Of a stretch of DNA of 64,000 bases, positions 24,304 to 35,379 are shown piece after piece. The notes beneath the pieces were generated by a model. That model was not told the origin of the DNA and did not search any database. It worked only from the letters and a program-made list of their open reading frames with translations. This DNA is from Balamuthia mandrillaris. Taxonomy: Eukaryota. Made by a program: the position numbers and the translations under genes. The DNA lies in contig JAVKOQ020000035.1 in NCBI GenBank assembly GCA_031835245.2, forward strand, positions 1 to 64,000, in the 5' to 3' direction. The stretch's first letter is position 1; each line of letters begins with the position of its first letter.

Positions 24304-27279
24304 AGGAGATACAAAATAATAATAAATAAACAAATAAATAAAAAAGCTGACCTGTTTGGCTCCGTAGTTGTTTTCCAAAATAAACTTGACCTTGGTGGAA
24401 TAGAGCGATGGATCATCAGACTCCAAATCTGCATAATGGACGGGCAATCCCAACAACTGTTTGTAGAACGATCTGGAAAGTCTCACGCCCACGAAATGTC
24501 CTTCTCTGGTGTGAATGACTCTATCATATATGCACTTGGCCAGGAACAAACCCACCAACCGGAAGTAATCCAGTCTCTCCTCATTGCCTATTCAAGTTGA
24601 TAGTTAGCATTCAGACTGAGAGAAGCGTGAAAGAATGAAATAGAAAAAAACAAACCTCTGTTGGAATCCGATGAGCCCTTCTTGCGAAGATTTTTCTTTG
24701 ACGACCTTCGGGAGGTCTCATCCTCTTGAAGCAATTCACTGAGTTCCTGATCAAACGTATGCGCATGCAACAGAGGCACCTGTTGCGGCTGTTCCATAAC
24801 ATCTGTCGCAGAATTTTCCAACAACGAAGAAGAAGAATCCCCGCCAGAATTCGTAGTTTGTGTGTTCGTTCCTTCCGTTTCTATTGTTGTGATTGATGCT
24901 GTAGAACAAGTTCGCTCTAGATTCCCTGAACTCACTCGAGCGAGAGGGGTTTGTTTCTCCAGAATGCCAGAGCTGGGAGGAGAGTTTGGTGGTGTTATCA
25001 GGGGAAACATCATCTTCCGAATGGGGTGAAGTCCGCAGGATATGTGAAGTTGGTTCATTGATGCCGCGTGTTCCTCCTCACCGAAAGCACTCAGAAAGCC
25101 AAACAAGCCATTCTTCATGGAGAACAGCTCTTGTTCCAACAGAGAGAAAAAGCGAACGGTGGTTTCGGGGGAGGAAACTAAAGAGGAGGCGTTGCCGTAG
25201 GGATCCAATCCTTGCTCTTCAAACATAATCGAGAAGTTGGAGCGCCATTGGGCCAAACTTTTGTCTTTGAGGGCTGTGTAAGCTGATGGTAGAAGGTTGT
25301 TGGCGTTGACGGTCACCGCTACAAATAAGTCGTGTTTATAGGAGTTTGTTAATAATGATAATAGACAATATGAAAAAAAAAAAAGAATGAAGTGACGAAC
25401 TGCAAGGAGTGGCTGGTTTTTCAGCATGAATCTTTCGAAGCTCGTTCTCAAAGAAGCAATATCGGTCCTCATAGTTGCTGCAACCTTTTTTGATCTGAAG
25501 GTTGAGATAAGACATGTAAGTGCTGTAGAAAATGCTGCGTTCTTTGCATGATAGAGGGACTCGCTCGCCGTTTTCAAACTCGAGCACTAAACCTGTCGAT
25601 GAATTCTCCTCTATTTCAACCTGAGTACAAAACAAAATAAAAAAACAAAACAAAACAAAACCAAAAGTTGTCATATGGTTTAGAGATAGAAACATATTTT
25701 GATGTGTTATGAAAGGAAAGAGACCTTGATGCTTGGCTTCAACCTAGCGGTATAAACACGAGTTGGTGCGCCTTCACTGAGATAATCGATGATGAGCAAC
25801 TTTTGGGTCAATACCACCTGAGCCGCAGTGCTGTTCAGCATCATCTTGAAGATTACGTGCTTTCTCTCCACATTTTCGTGAACAATTTTCAATTCTTTAG
25901 CTGCAATTTAAAGCTAAATATATGAGAAACCGGAAGGGGGCGTGACGATATCAGAAAAGTCAACGTACGCTTGAGTACACACACGTTTGACCGTCCATCT
26001 TTGAGCAAACGTCCACCGTGTTTGATGTTGATGGCAAAGATGCCACACTTTGGCGGCACAAAACGGATCTTATAGGTACCATCGCTGTTGTCCCCAATAC
26101 TGCACTCAAGCTTGCGGCTCCATTTCTTTCCCTTACGTGTTCCTTCCATCTGTGGTATTCACAAGAAAAGAAAAGAAAAGAAAAGAAAAGAAGAGATGTT
26201 ATAGAAGGATATAGCGAAGCAAACAAGAAAAAGAAACTAAACTATGTTGTTTGTAACACACCTCAACCGAAAAAAGATGACGAGAGGGTAAACCTCCACG
26301 CCTGTGCTCATTCGCAAATGCATCACGCGCTTGCACGATGACAAAGGTCACTTCTTTGAGAGTCAAAGGGATGGGACCGAGGCCGGGTCCTGACACTTGG
26401 GATTTGGCTGGGTCCATGGGTCCTACAGACAGAACAAAAAAAGAATAGAAAGAAAAGGAGCAGGATAGAGAAGGAAGTAAGCAAAACAGATGAAAAAGAT
26501 ATTTGTTCGTTGATGTTACCAGCACGAATGTTAATTTTGTAAGGGCTTCCACTATCTATGATCTGTTCCTTGACTTGGATGATGACATTGTAATGTCCAG
26601 CTTTTTTAGCCGTGTATGTGATTTCGTACTCTCCTAATCATAATAATGAATGAGAGAAGGAACGCAGGAGAATAACAAGAACTGTAGAAGAGTAAAAAGA
26701 TCGAACCATCTTCTTTGGGAATTGCAGAAGGCCACTTGCAGGTCGGAATAACGACGGCCTCGCCAGTTATCTCCATTTTAAAGTTACAACTATCTAACGA
26801 ACCAACATAAACGGTTCCATCGCTGCAAGCAAGCTAAGAAAAAGGTGAAATGCAATAGTCAAACCAACTAAAACCAAAAACAAAAACAAAAAAAAAAAAT
26901 GAGCAAACACAAACCTTCACTTTGAACCGTATTTCTTCTCCAACGATGCCAGCCTCGCTGCTTACGCCTTGACCATAGGCCACACAATGAGCAGCGTCTA
27001 TGATACCATTGCTCTTGACTTTCCTCACAGAGGTTCCTTGAGCGCCTTTACGCTTATTTCGAGCTTTCACGCCCTTTCGAGCGCTAAAGGCCACTACGGC
27101 GCCCAGCGCCACCGTCAACAACAGCCATTGAAAGTTGATCAGGAAGAACTCTAGCAAAACTGCTAACAGCTTTAGGCCTATGAGTAACGCCAACAAACCT
27201 GTTTGATATCAAAAAGAAATACCGTGAGAAAAGAGCGCAATTCAGTAATGCTTAGGGTATATTTGAAAACAAGAACGAA

Positions 27280-27323
<44 letters not shown>

Positions 27324-27640
27324 AAGAAGAAGAGTGCATTACCAATGACAACCACAAATATGGCATCTTTGACAGTTTTTATGCCTCGTAAGTACTGTAC
27401 CAACCACAAGCCAGCGGCAAGAGCGGAGCTCTTCAGGTTCTTGAAGCTCTTCTTCTTGGCTGGCGGACGTGCTGCGGAAGCTCCTTTAATGGTGGTGCCC
27501 GTTGCACGTTTAGATGCTGTGCCAGCCGAGACGGAAGATCTTCTCCTCTTGCCCTCCTCGTCGCCTTTCTTTGTGGTGGAGGATGTGGGTTCGCTTCCAA
27601 CTTTGCGGTTTTCAGTTGCTATTTGTTCAGGAGTAGCCAT
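20862..27640 (-). CDS. AREL1-like protein: N-terminal TM + filamin repeats + HECT domain (catalytic Cys absent, large insert)
   Basis: TM segments near the N-terminus. Filamin-like GPMDPAKSQVSGPGL and DNSDGTYKIRFVPPKCGIF. HECT motifs FRLVGLFLAKCIYD, RLSRSFYKQLLG, DLESDDPSLY, FDENELELLFCG, QWFWSAV, RARLLQFITG, LPHADLNNNRLYLP. Confidence 0.85.
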
Positions 27641-28177
27641 TTTCTGCTCTTCCTCCGCTTGCTCTCTTTTGTGTCTCACTTCTTCTCCTTCTTCGTCTCA
27701 ACTGTTCCGTTTCGTTTTTTTTTTCTTCTCGACCAAACGCGAAGAAAGATGGATGAAAGGGAGTGAGAAGGGAAGATGAGCAGCAAAAAAGGGTTTCACC
27801 ACCACTTCTTCCGTGAGCTTGTGCAAAAGGCGCAGAAGAAGGAAGTGGTGGTGGTTCTCGTCACCCACAACAGGTGGTGGTTACGTTGTGTTTCCGCAAA
27901 CGCTTCAGTCCTATTTTTGTTTTAAAAAAATAAAGAAATGGATTTTTTCCCTTGAGTTGGTTGGTAACCCACCCAAACGCTATTCGATAAACTTTCTTTT
28001 TTGTTCCTTGCTTGCTGATCGCCCGAGAAATTTAGAGAGGTTTCGCTCTTTGATTTCCTTCGCTCCCACCGCCAATTTCTTCTCCTTTAATTTTTTTCTT
28101 CCTCTTCTTGGTCTTCTTCTTCTTCTTCTTCTTCTTCTTCTTCTTCTTCTTCTTCTTCTTCTTCTTCTTCTTCTTCT

Positions 28178-28229
<52 letters not shown>

Positions 28230-29151
28230 CAGCTTGCTACCTGGTTCTTCCCTTCATTGGCAAAAGAAAAAAAAAGTACCTTTTTGGGTTTGGCTTGCTC
28301 GTTACTTTAGCGAAGGGGACGGTATACCACGCTCCCCCCCCTCTCTCTCTCTGTTTATTACAGCACCTACGCTTGGTTCCTGTCAATTTTTTTTTCCATG
28401 TGTGTGTGTGTGTGTGTGGGAAGGGTCGTCATGGGGAGGAAAAAAAAACACGAGAGAGAGAGAGAGAGAGAGAAAAGGAGGTAAAGAAAAGAAGCAGTTT
28501 GTTTTCAAACCTGGTAGTACTAGGCAGTTCAACAGGGAGGTGCTCCGCACCCTTTTTTTTAAAAAAAAAAAAGAAAAGGGGGTGTCCCTCTCTGATGTAT
28601 ATAGCAAAGGAGACAGGAACGACGTTAGTGTTATTCCATAGTAAGCTCTCAACAAACGCTTTTTTACAAAAAAATAAATAAAATAGAACACAAGAATAAC
28701 ACACAAACAGGGAGGGGGAAGAAGACTCTGGTTGGTGCCTTCGGTCGGACTTACTTTGCCACGTAGACTTTCCTTCCTTCTTTCTTGCCTCAAGAGAAAA
28801 ATACCAGTAATAAAAGCAATAAAAAAAAAGAAGCGGCCCGAACTTTGTTACCCCCCTAAGGCAGTTTAGACAACACACAAGGGGGAAGCACGGCAATAAA
28901 CAAAGGCTGCCCTAGCAAAAAGCTGGCAAGAAGGCCAAATGAATGTGTTAATGGTGGTGATGGGGGTACATGAAATGGACAGTGCCAACCACCACAGACT
29001 TGTATCAGTAAACTCTAGACACTTTGAGGCGGTGCGGAAGTCGTATCGATTCCTCAATATGCGGTTTCATCATTAATTAAAGATCAGTAGATGATCTTAA
29101 TACAAATAATTATATATATCACAGTTTTTATTTCTATGGTGCTTAGTGTTT

Positions 29152-30738
29152 TCAGGGGATTGCGTTCAAAGCGTCCTTCTGCTGTGGCAAAAACACCCTT
29201 CCACGGGGGGCGTCCGGGATGTGCACAGTGTTGCCGTTCATCGGATCACAAAACATCGTCTTTGGCGGCGGCACAAACGCTATCTCCTTGTCTTCCAATG
29301 GACTAAAGGGAACACTTAGCCGGTAGAGCTTTGTCCTGAGAATGTCATGGTTGGTTCTGGTGTAGGCCGCTTTGGCAAACGGGACGACCATGAAGCGCGA
29401 GTAGCCCAGGTAGATCATGTCCTTGCAGAGCACGTTCACCTCGGAGGCGGAGCATTGGGAGTAGGCCTGCATGCCCTCGTAGTAATGTTGAATGTAGTAA
29501 TAACGAGGGTCAGGAGGAAAGATCTCCTCTGAACGCTCCCTACGGAACTGGAGCTCTCCGCCCTTGGCCGTCGATGCAGGGTGAGGTTGGTAGAACGGTT
29601 CTGCGCGCAACACAACCAACCCGTTCCAACAGCAGCTCACCTGGAAGGGCAAGCCCTGTTGCAGCAAGAGGTTGCTCTCGGGGTGTAGCACGAAGGCGTT
29701 TACAGGTTCTCGCTGAAAGCCATCTCCGTTGAGGTCCCGACCGACCCAGGTGTCGTAGAAGCCAGGCACGGTATCAAAGTTATAGTCTATTGCACATGTC
29801 ATATCTGCCTTTTGCAGGTAGCTCTGGTACAGCATCTCCAGCACGTCAGAAGCGCAAAACACCACGTCGTTGCTAAAGATGATGCGGTCGTAGCGATGGT
29901 TGGCTGGCGAGTGCTGGTGGCTGCGAAGCGGCGCCAACGCCAAGTTCCTCACCATGGCCAAGAAGTTGATGCGATGCTCTCCATGTTTGCGAGAAACGTT
30001 GTTGCCATGCGCAAAGAAGTGGGCGATGCCTAGCTTTCGCAGTAGCTCGCCCCACTTGCGCAGCAGCTCTACCGTCTGGTCATTGGAGCCGCTTTCGTAG
30101 ATGCTGACAAAGAACCGCTCCGGGCCGAGCATGCGCATGAACGAGGTGAGTTGCATTACCATCGAGGGGAGGAGGTGAGCCGAGTCCTTCAGGTTCAGCG
30201 CCACATAGATATCAGGGAGAGTTCTGTTGGTACCCTCGCCAGAAAAGACAGGAGAACGAGAGAGGTTCAGGTGTCGTTGAGCTCGCCGAGGGTCGAGTTT
30301 AGTTCTGCATTGCGAGGGAGGGTGTCGCTTGCCATCGCTGTCTGGCTGGCTCAATAGTTGCTGCCACTCCACCACCAGCTTCTGGTACTGCTCCTTGGAA
30401 ACGTGCTTGCGGCTCTCTTTCGGTTGATGTGGAGCCTGAGAGATGACTTCTTGAAGAGGGGTCGGAGCGATCAGGCTCTGAGGACCGCCTCCTTCGTCTG
30501 TCTCATCAGCGGCCCTTCTTCTGTGGTTGCGGCCGTGTTGCGGGGAAGAAGGAACTGAACCAGGAGGACGAATAGGAAGGGGTTGAAAGGCAACAATATC
30601 ATGGTTGTTGCTGTTGTTATTGTTGTTGTTGTTATCGTTGGCCACTGAAACGAGAAGCACCACCCACAGGGCGAAGGAGAGAAGACCAGCCGCAAAGAAC
30701 AAGAGCTGGACGTGCTTCCTGCAGGGTCGGATCCACAT
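29152..30738 (-). CDS. CAP59/CMT1-like alpha-1,3-mannosyltransferase (GT69), type II membrane protein
   Basis: N-terminal signal anchor, then VSIYESGSNDQT, RINFLAMVRNLAL, IIFSNDVVFC, FYDTWVGRD, PFQVSCCWNG, CSASE. Single exon. Confidence 0.88.
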   Translation of the reverse strand: MWIRPCRKHVQLLFFAAGLLSFALWVVLLVSVANDNNNNNNNSNNHDIVAFQPLPIRPPGSVPSSPQHGRNHRRRAADETDEGGGPQSLIAPTPLQEVISQAPHQPKESRKHVSKEQYQKLVVEWQQLLSQPDSDGKRHPPSQCRTKLDPRRAQRHLNLSRSPVFSGEGTNRTLPDIYVALNLKDSAHLLPSMVMQLTSFMRMLGPERFFVSIYESGSNDQTVELLRKWGELLRKLGIAHFFAHGNNVSRKHGEHRINFLAMVRNLALAPLRSHQHSPANHRYDRIIFSNDVVFCASDVLEMLYQSYLQKADMTCAIDYNFDTVPGFYDTWVGRDLNGDGFQREPVNAFVLHPESNLLLQQGLPFQVSCCWNGLVVLRAEPFYQPHPASTAKGGELQFRRERSEEIFPPDPRYYYIQHYYEGMQAYSQCSASEVNVLCKDMIYLGYSRFMVVPFAKAAYTRTNHDILRTKLYRLSVPFSPLEDKEIAFVPPPKTMFCDPMNGNTVHIPDAPRGRVFLPQQKDALNAIP

Positions 30739-31403
30739 CCTTTTGCTCGACCGACTTATGTTGTTGCTGCTGCTGCTCGTACCTCACGTTTATGCATGCA
30801 TAGGGTAGCAGGCATCCAACAAGGAAGACCATGACCAACCTTCATTCGGCTGCACGGCCATACCCAAAAAAAGGTGGGTTTTTCCTTGATTTGCGCGTTC
30901 ATGGCTCCCCATAAAGGGAACCGCAGCTTGGGGAGGAAACCCTTTCTTTCCACGGCCTTCGTTTCCTTTCCATCGCGCTTTCTGTTTTTGGAGGTTCGTT
31001 CTCTGCTAATTTCTTCCGTCAAACATATAAGCAAACGGGGAAAAGGTATGGTGAAACAATCAATCTGCAGGTAATGCATTACTCAAGGGAAGGCCTCTTT
31101 TTTCCTTTTCTTTGAAGTTGATCGTGCAGCCTTACGAACCCTTTTGGAAGATGAAAAATAAAAGAGAGAGAGGAGAGAGGAGAGAGGGAGAGGAGAGGGA
31201 GAGGAGAGAGGAGAGGAGAGGAGGAGAGGAGAGGAGAGGGGAGAGGGAGAGGAGAGCAGAGAGGAGAGAGGAGAGGAGAGAGGAGAGAGGAGAGAGAGAG
31301 AGAGAGAGAGGGAGAGAGGAGAGGAGAGGAGAGAGCAGAGAGGAGAGAGGAGAGAGGAGAGAGGAGAGAATAAAAGAAGCGGCGATAGAAAAAATACTTG
31401 GGT

Positions 31404-33687
31404 TTATTCGCTGGTGTCGTAAGTTTTCTTGGACTTCTTGTTTATTCTGCTTTTCTCCACTTCGTCCTCGTCTTTATCATTTTCTACTTCTTCTCCCTCT
31501 ACTTCGTCTTCATCGTCATCAGTACCCTTTTTATCATCTTCATCTTCGTCTTCATCTTCATCGTCGTCATCTTCCTCTTTATCATCATCAGCTTCATTTT
31601 CATCATCTTCGTCCTCTACTTCTTCTTCTTCTTCCTCTTCTTCATCATCAGAACTGATCCATTTCCTCCGGCTAAATGTTGGTCTATATCTAGCATAGTC
31701 TTCATCATCATCGTCAACGTTACTGTTTGCTTCTTCTGCATCATCACCCTGTTTTGCGGGGACAGGATATTCCACCTCAGAAAGAGCTCTCCATTTTTGA
31801 TACTCTTCTGTGTTTTGCTGCATGTGTTGGAAGAATACACTATCTTCTCTGTCTTCAGGATCCTCTCTGGTTTTCATTCGATACCTGCAGATCATCGTCA
31901 ATGAACAGAAAAGCAGAAGAAAAAGAAAAAAAACGTGCAAAAGAATAGAAACCTTGAAGAGTCTACATTTAAGGTTTCTTTCCAAAAGCTTTGCAAGGAA
32001 TAACGACAGCTGGGTAAAAGGCGATTGTGGATTATTTCCTTGGTAAAGTGTTCCACCAGCGGTTGCTTCCAACGCTGGAAGCCCAACTCACCCAAGCTTG
32101 TTAATATACGATCTGGTGAGAGAGATCAGTTAATGAAAAGAAAGAAAGAAGAAAGAAGAAAAGAAAAAATGCAATAGAAATGAAAAAAAAGAGGAAAAAA
32201 GAGGAAAAGTTAAAGCGTACTTATACGTAAGTTGTTGTGGCTGTTCCAATCCAAGTTCCTATAACGCTCCTTCCAAATGCCTGGCCATCGTTCCTATCGC
32301 GCAAAGTCATGATTGTGTTAAACAACAAAAAGCATGGAGACGAGAACGAGGAAGATAGAGTGAGCCAAAATGTACCACTTCGCCAGTTTCTTCAGACGCG
32401 AGGCGCATTCCATAAAAATGAAGCATCAACCTGGTAAAACAGAGACAATCGAAAAAAACAAACTTGTTAAAAAAAACGTGAGAAAGATAGAAGCAGAAGA
32501 GCACAACAATACCGGTAAGACTTGATAACTCGCGTAGCAAGCGTGAAATCCTGTCGAATGAGTTTGGCGTCATGCTGCAATATCATTATCAGCAAGGTTC
32601 ACAATAGAAAAATAGTGTCAACCATGTGGGAGGGAAGAGGGAAGGGAAGAGGGAAGAGGGAAGAGGGAAGAGAAGAGAGAAGAGGCAGGAGGAGAGAGGA
32701 GAGCGCCGAGAAGCAGAAAGAGGAGCAGAGAAGAGAGCGGGAGGCGAAAGGCAAACAGCAGAAAGGCTTTGCTGACCTTAGAAAGAGGCTCAGCGTGCCA
32801 GTTAACTCCACCAGACTCAAAAACTGGAAAAAGCCATTGAATGAACCTTAACATATGACGGCTAAGTGGTTAGAGGGAAAGAAAAAAGAAGAAGAACAAG
32901 AAGAAGAAGAAGAACAAGAACAAGAAGAACAAGAACAAGAACAAGAAGAAGGAGAAGAAGAAGAACAAGAAGAAGAAGAAGAAGAACATGACGAAGCAGA
33001 AGAGATTGTTACCCGTGATGATATTCAAGAAGGGAATGGTTGCCGAACCACCTTTTATGCATGTTGTCAATGGTATCACCGTCCGGTTGGGACGCAATCA
33101 GTCCAGCATAGAACCGATAGTTCCTTCCTTCCCCTTATTGGTTTTGTTTGTGTTACCAAGCAAGAAGCGACCAGGAAGAAAGAAAGAAAGGGAAAAAGAG
33201 GGTTACTACTTGGGCGAAGGTAATGGTCTGCAGTCCTATTCCCGCCACCATAAGTTCTGTCAAAACGCGAGAACGGATTTTTCCAAGGACGTTCCTCTTC
33301 CTCCTCTTTGTCGTCGTCGTCTTCTTCATCAGACCACTCATTTTTTTGCTCTTCCTCCTCCGAAGAAGAGGAAGAAGAGGAGGGACCAAGCTGGTGGCGG
33401 TTGTCCAACACCAAGGGACCTGCTCGTCGTTGCTTCGGCTTTCGGTATTGCCCCTCTTCTGCTTCCTCATCTCCGTTGTAACGAGAGGCCGCAGAGAAAA
33501 GAGGGGGCCGGCCCACACGGGAGGGTCTTGGCGGCGGCTCCGGCTTCTGCAGTTTTGTCATCGCATTCTTCTGTTCCTCGTCGGTGGCTCTCTCCTCCTC
33601 ACCAACTTCTGCTTGCTGTTGCTGTTGAGCCTCTTGTGCTGGTTGCGGCTGCTGCTCTCCAAGCGGCGTGGGCTCTTCATCCTCCAT
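31404..33687 (-). CDS. Opioid growth factor receptor (OGFr) conserved-domain protein with acidic termini
   Basis: Exons give FIQWLFPVFESGGVNWHAEPL, LMLHFYGMRL, RYRNLDWNSHNNLRISRILTSLGELGF, which match the OGFr_N signature as I recall it. Confidence 0.85.
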
Positions 33688-34058
33688 TTTCTTTTCTTTG
33701 TGTGGCTTTCGCTGATGAAGTTCACTCTCCGCTATCTATTCCCTCTTTATTTAGCGCGAAAAAATCGTCCTCTCTCATGTCCTTTATTTTATTTTTTTGG
33801 CGACACGAATGTTGTCGACAGCAACGAGAGAAGAGAGAAGAGAGAAGAGAGCAGAGAGCAGAGAGCAGAGAAGAGAGAGCAGAGAGCAGAGAGCAGAGAG
33901 CAGAGAGACAGAGAGCAGAGAGACAGAGAGACAGAGAGACAGAGAGACAGAGAGACAGAGAGACAGAGAGAGGAGAAAGAGGAGAGCAGAGAGCAGAGAG
34001 AAGAGATGAAGAAGAGAAGAGATGAAGAAGAGAAGAGTGAGAGAGAGAGAAGAGACAG

Positions 34059-35051
34059 TCATCTTGAACCAGCGCGGGAGTTACGCCAATGAACCAGCAA
34101 CATCTCGCCGATGCGATAGCCCAGGATGTTGAACCATATGTCCCACAGCGTGTTGACCATGTGCTCTGACCAGAACTGGCTGAACGTTACCTATATGTTA
34201 TGGACTATCGAGGTGAGCTCAACCAGAAAAGAGAAAGAAAAGCTGCGAAGTTTAGCACCTGTTCATCTGAGAACAAGTGGAGATGCCAAAAGACGCCATC
34301 CTCCGCGAGAAAATGCTCCAATACTTCCCACAAAATCCCGTAAAAAAGAAACCAAAAAGGCCTGCCGTTGGTCCATTAGAGAGGAGAGAGGAGGGAGGAG
34401 GGAGAAGAGAGGAGAGCAGAGAGGAGAGCAGGGAGGAGGGAGGAAAGCAGAGCTGAGCAAAGAGGAGAGAGGAGAGAGCAGAGAGCAGAGAAGAGAGAGC
34501 AGAGAGCAGGGAGCAGAGAGCAGGGAGCAGAGAGCAGAGAGCAGAGAGCAGAGAGCAGAGAGCAGAGGACAGCAGTGAAGAAGAAAAAACAAGGCAAAGA
34601 AGGCGAAGGAGGAAGAGTACCTGCACGGAAAAAGAAAACCCAAACACGCAAACGTGGCCACGTGAATGAAGGACCAGGAGTCGATCGACACCAGCTCCCC
34701 ATTCACAAAAGGAATGGCCAACGGGTCCCACCCAAGCCTGCACGAACGCCCTCCCCAGTCAGCCAAACACAGAAGAGGCGAAGAGAAGAGGAGGAAGCAG
34801 AGAGCAAACGTTTTTTGAACCCAGTGAAGAGCAACCACCAGCGTGAGGCACATCAGACAAAACTGGAGGTGCAGGCGGAGACCCACCTCGGCAAAGGAGG
34901 GAGCATCCTCTTTGCTCATCGGCACATAATCTGACGGTGGGGGCGATGCCGTGGACCCGCCGCCGCTCGAGCCTGGCCGCTTCGGCTTGGCCGCCTTTGC
35001 TGCTTCCCCGCCTCCGCCTCCGCCGCCTCTTCGTCTTTCTCTTGCGTTCAT
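34059..35051 (-). CDS. Small polytopic membrane protein with DxWSxxH / WExxE / ExxxNxxxD motifs (VanZ/DUF2238-like superfamily)
   Basis: Spliced exons: IDSWSFIHVATFACLGFLFP, PFWFLFYGILWEVLEH, FWSEHMVNTLWDIWFNILGYRIGE. Confidence 0.6.
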
Positions 35052-35097
35052 TTTTTTTCCTTTCTTCCTTTTATTTTCATGACGACCTGAGATGTAT

Positions 35098-35144
35098 TTG
35101 ATTTCCTATTGGTTATTGTATCCGAATGATTGATTTCCTATTGG
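35098..35144. promoter_or_regulatory. Tandem CCAAT boxes in a divergent promoter
   Basis: TTGATTTCCTATTGG occurs twice (35098-35112, 35130-35144; reverse CCAATAGGAAATCAA) between divergent starts at 35051 (-) and 35380 (+). Confidence 0.55.
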
Positions 35145-35379
35145 GCAATTTAAATCAATTAATATAACTTCAATACATAGGTGATTAAATCATGTGAATA
35201 CACCACAAGGGAAACCCAAAAAGAAGGTGCATTCCTCGTCTCGCCCAGCATTTGTATATTCTTGCCTTGTTTCTTGTGGCACGAAGCGCAGCATAACAAC
35301 AAGGTGGAAACCAGCACAGAAGGCTTCAGGCTTGCGAACAAAACCCTATAACGACAAAACAACAATTGACAGAAGAAAC

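Noticed and set aside
27813..28900. ORFs rich in poly-L/F/S or RE repeats (also 31112-31657, 33784-34578, 46506-46793)
   Set aside because: They are translations of (TTC)n/(GA)n/(GAGCAGA)n microsatellites in introns or intergenic DNA.
32988..34092. Long + strand ORFs (345 aa, 314 aa)
   Set aside because: They are antisense shadows of the OGFr-like first exon plus repeat DNA.
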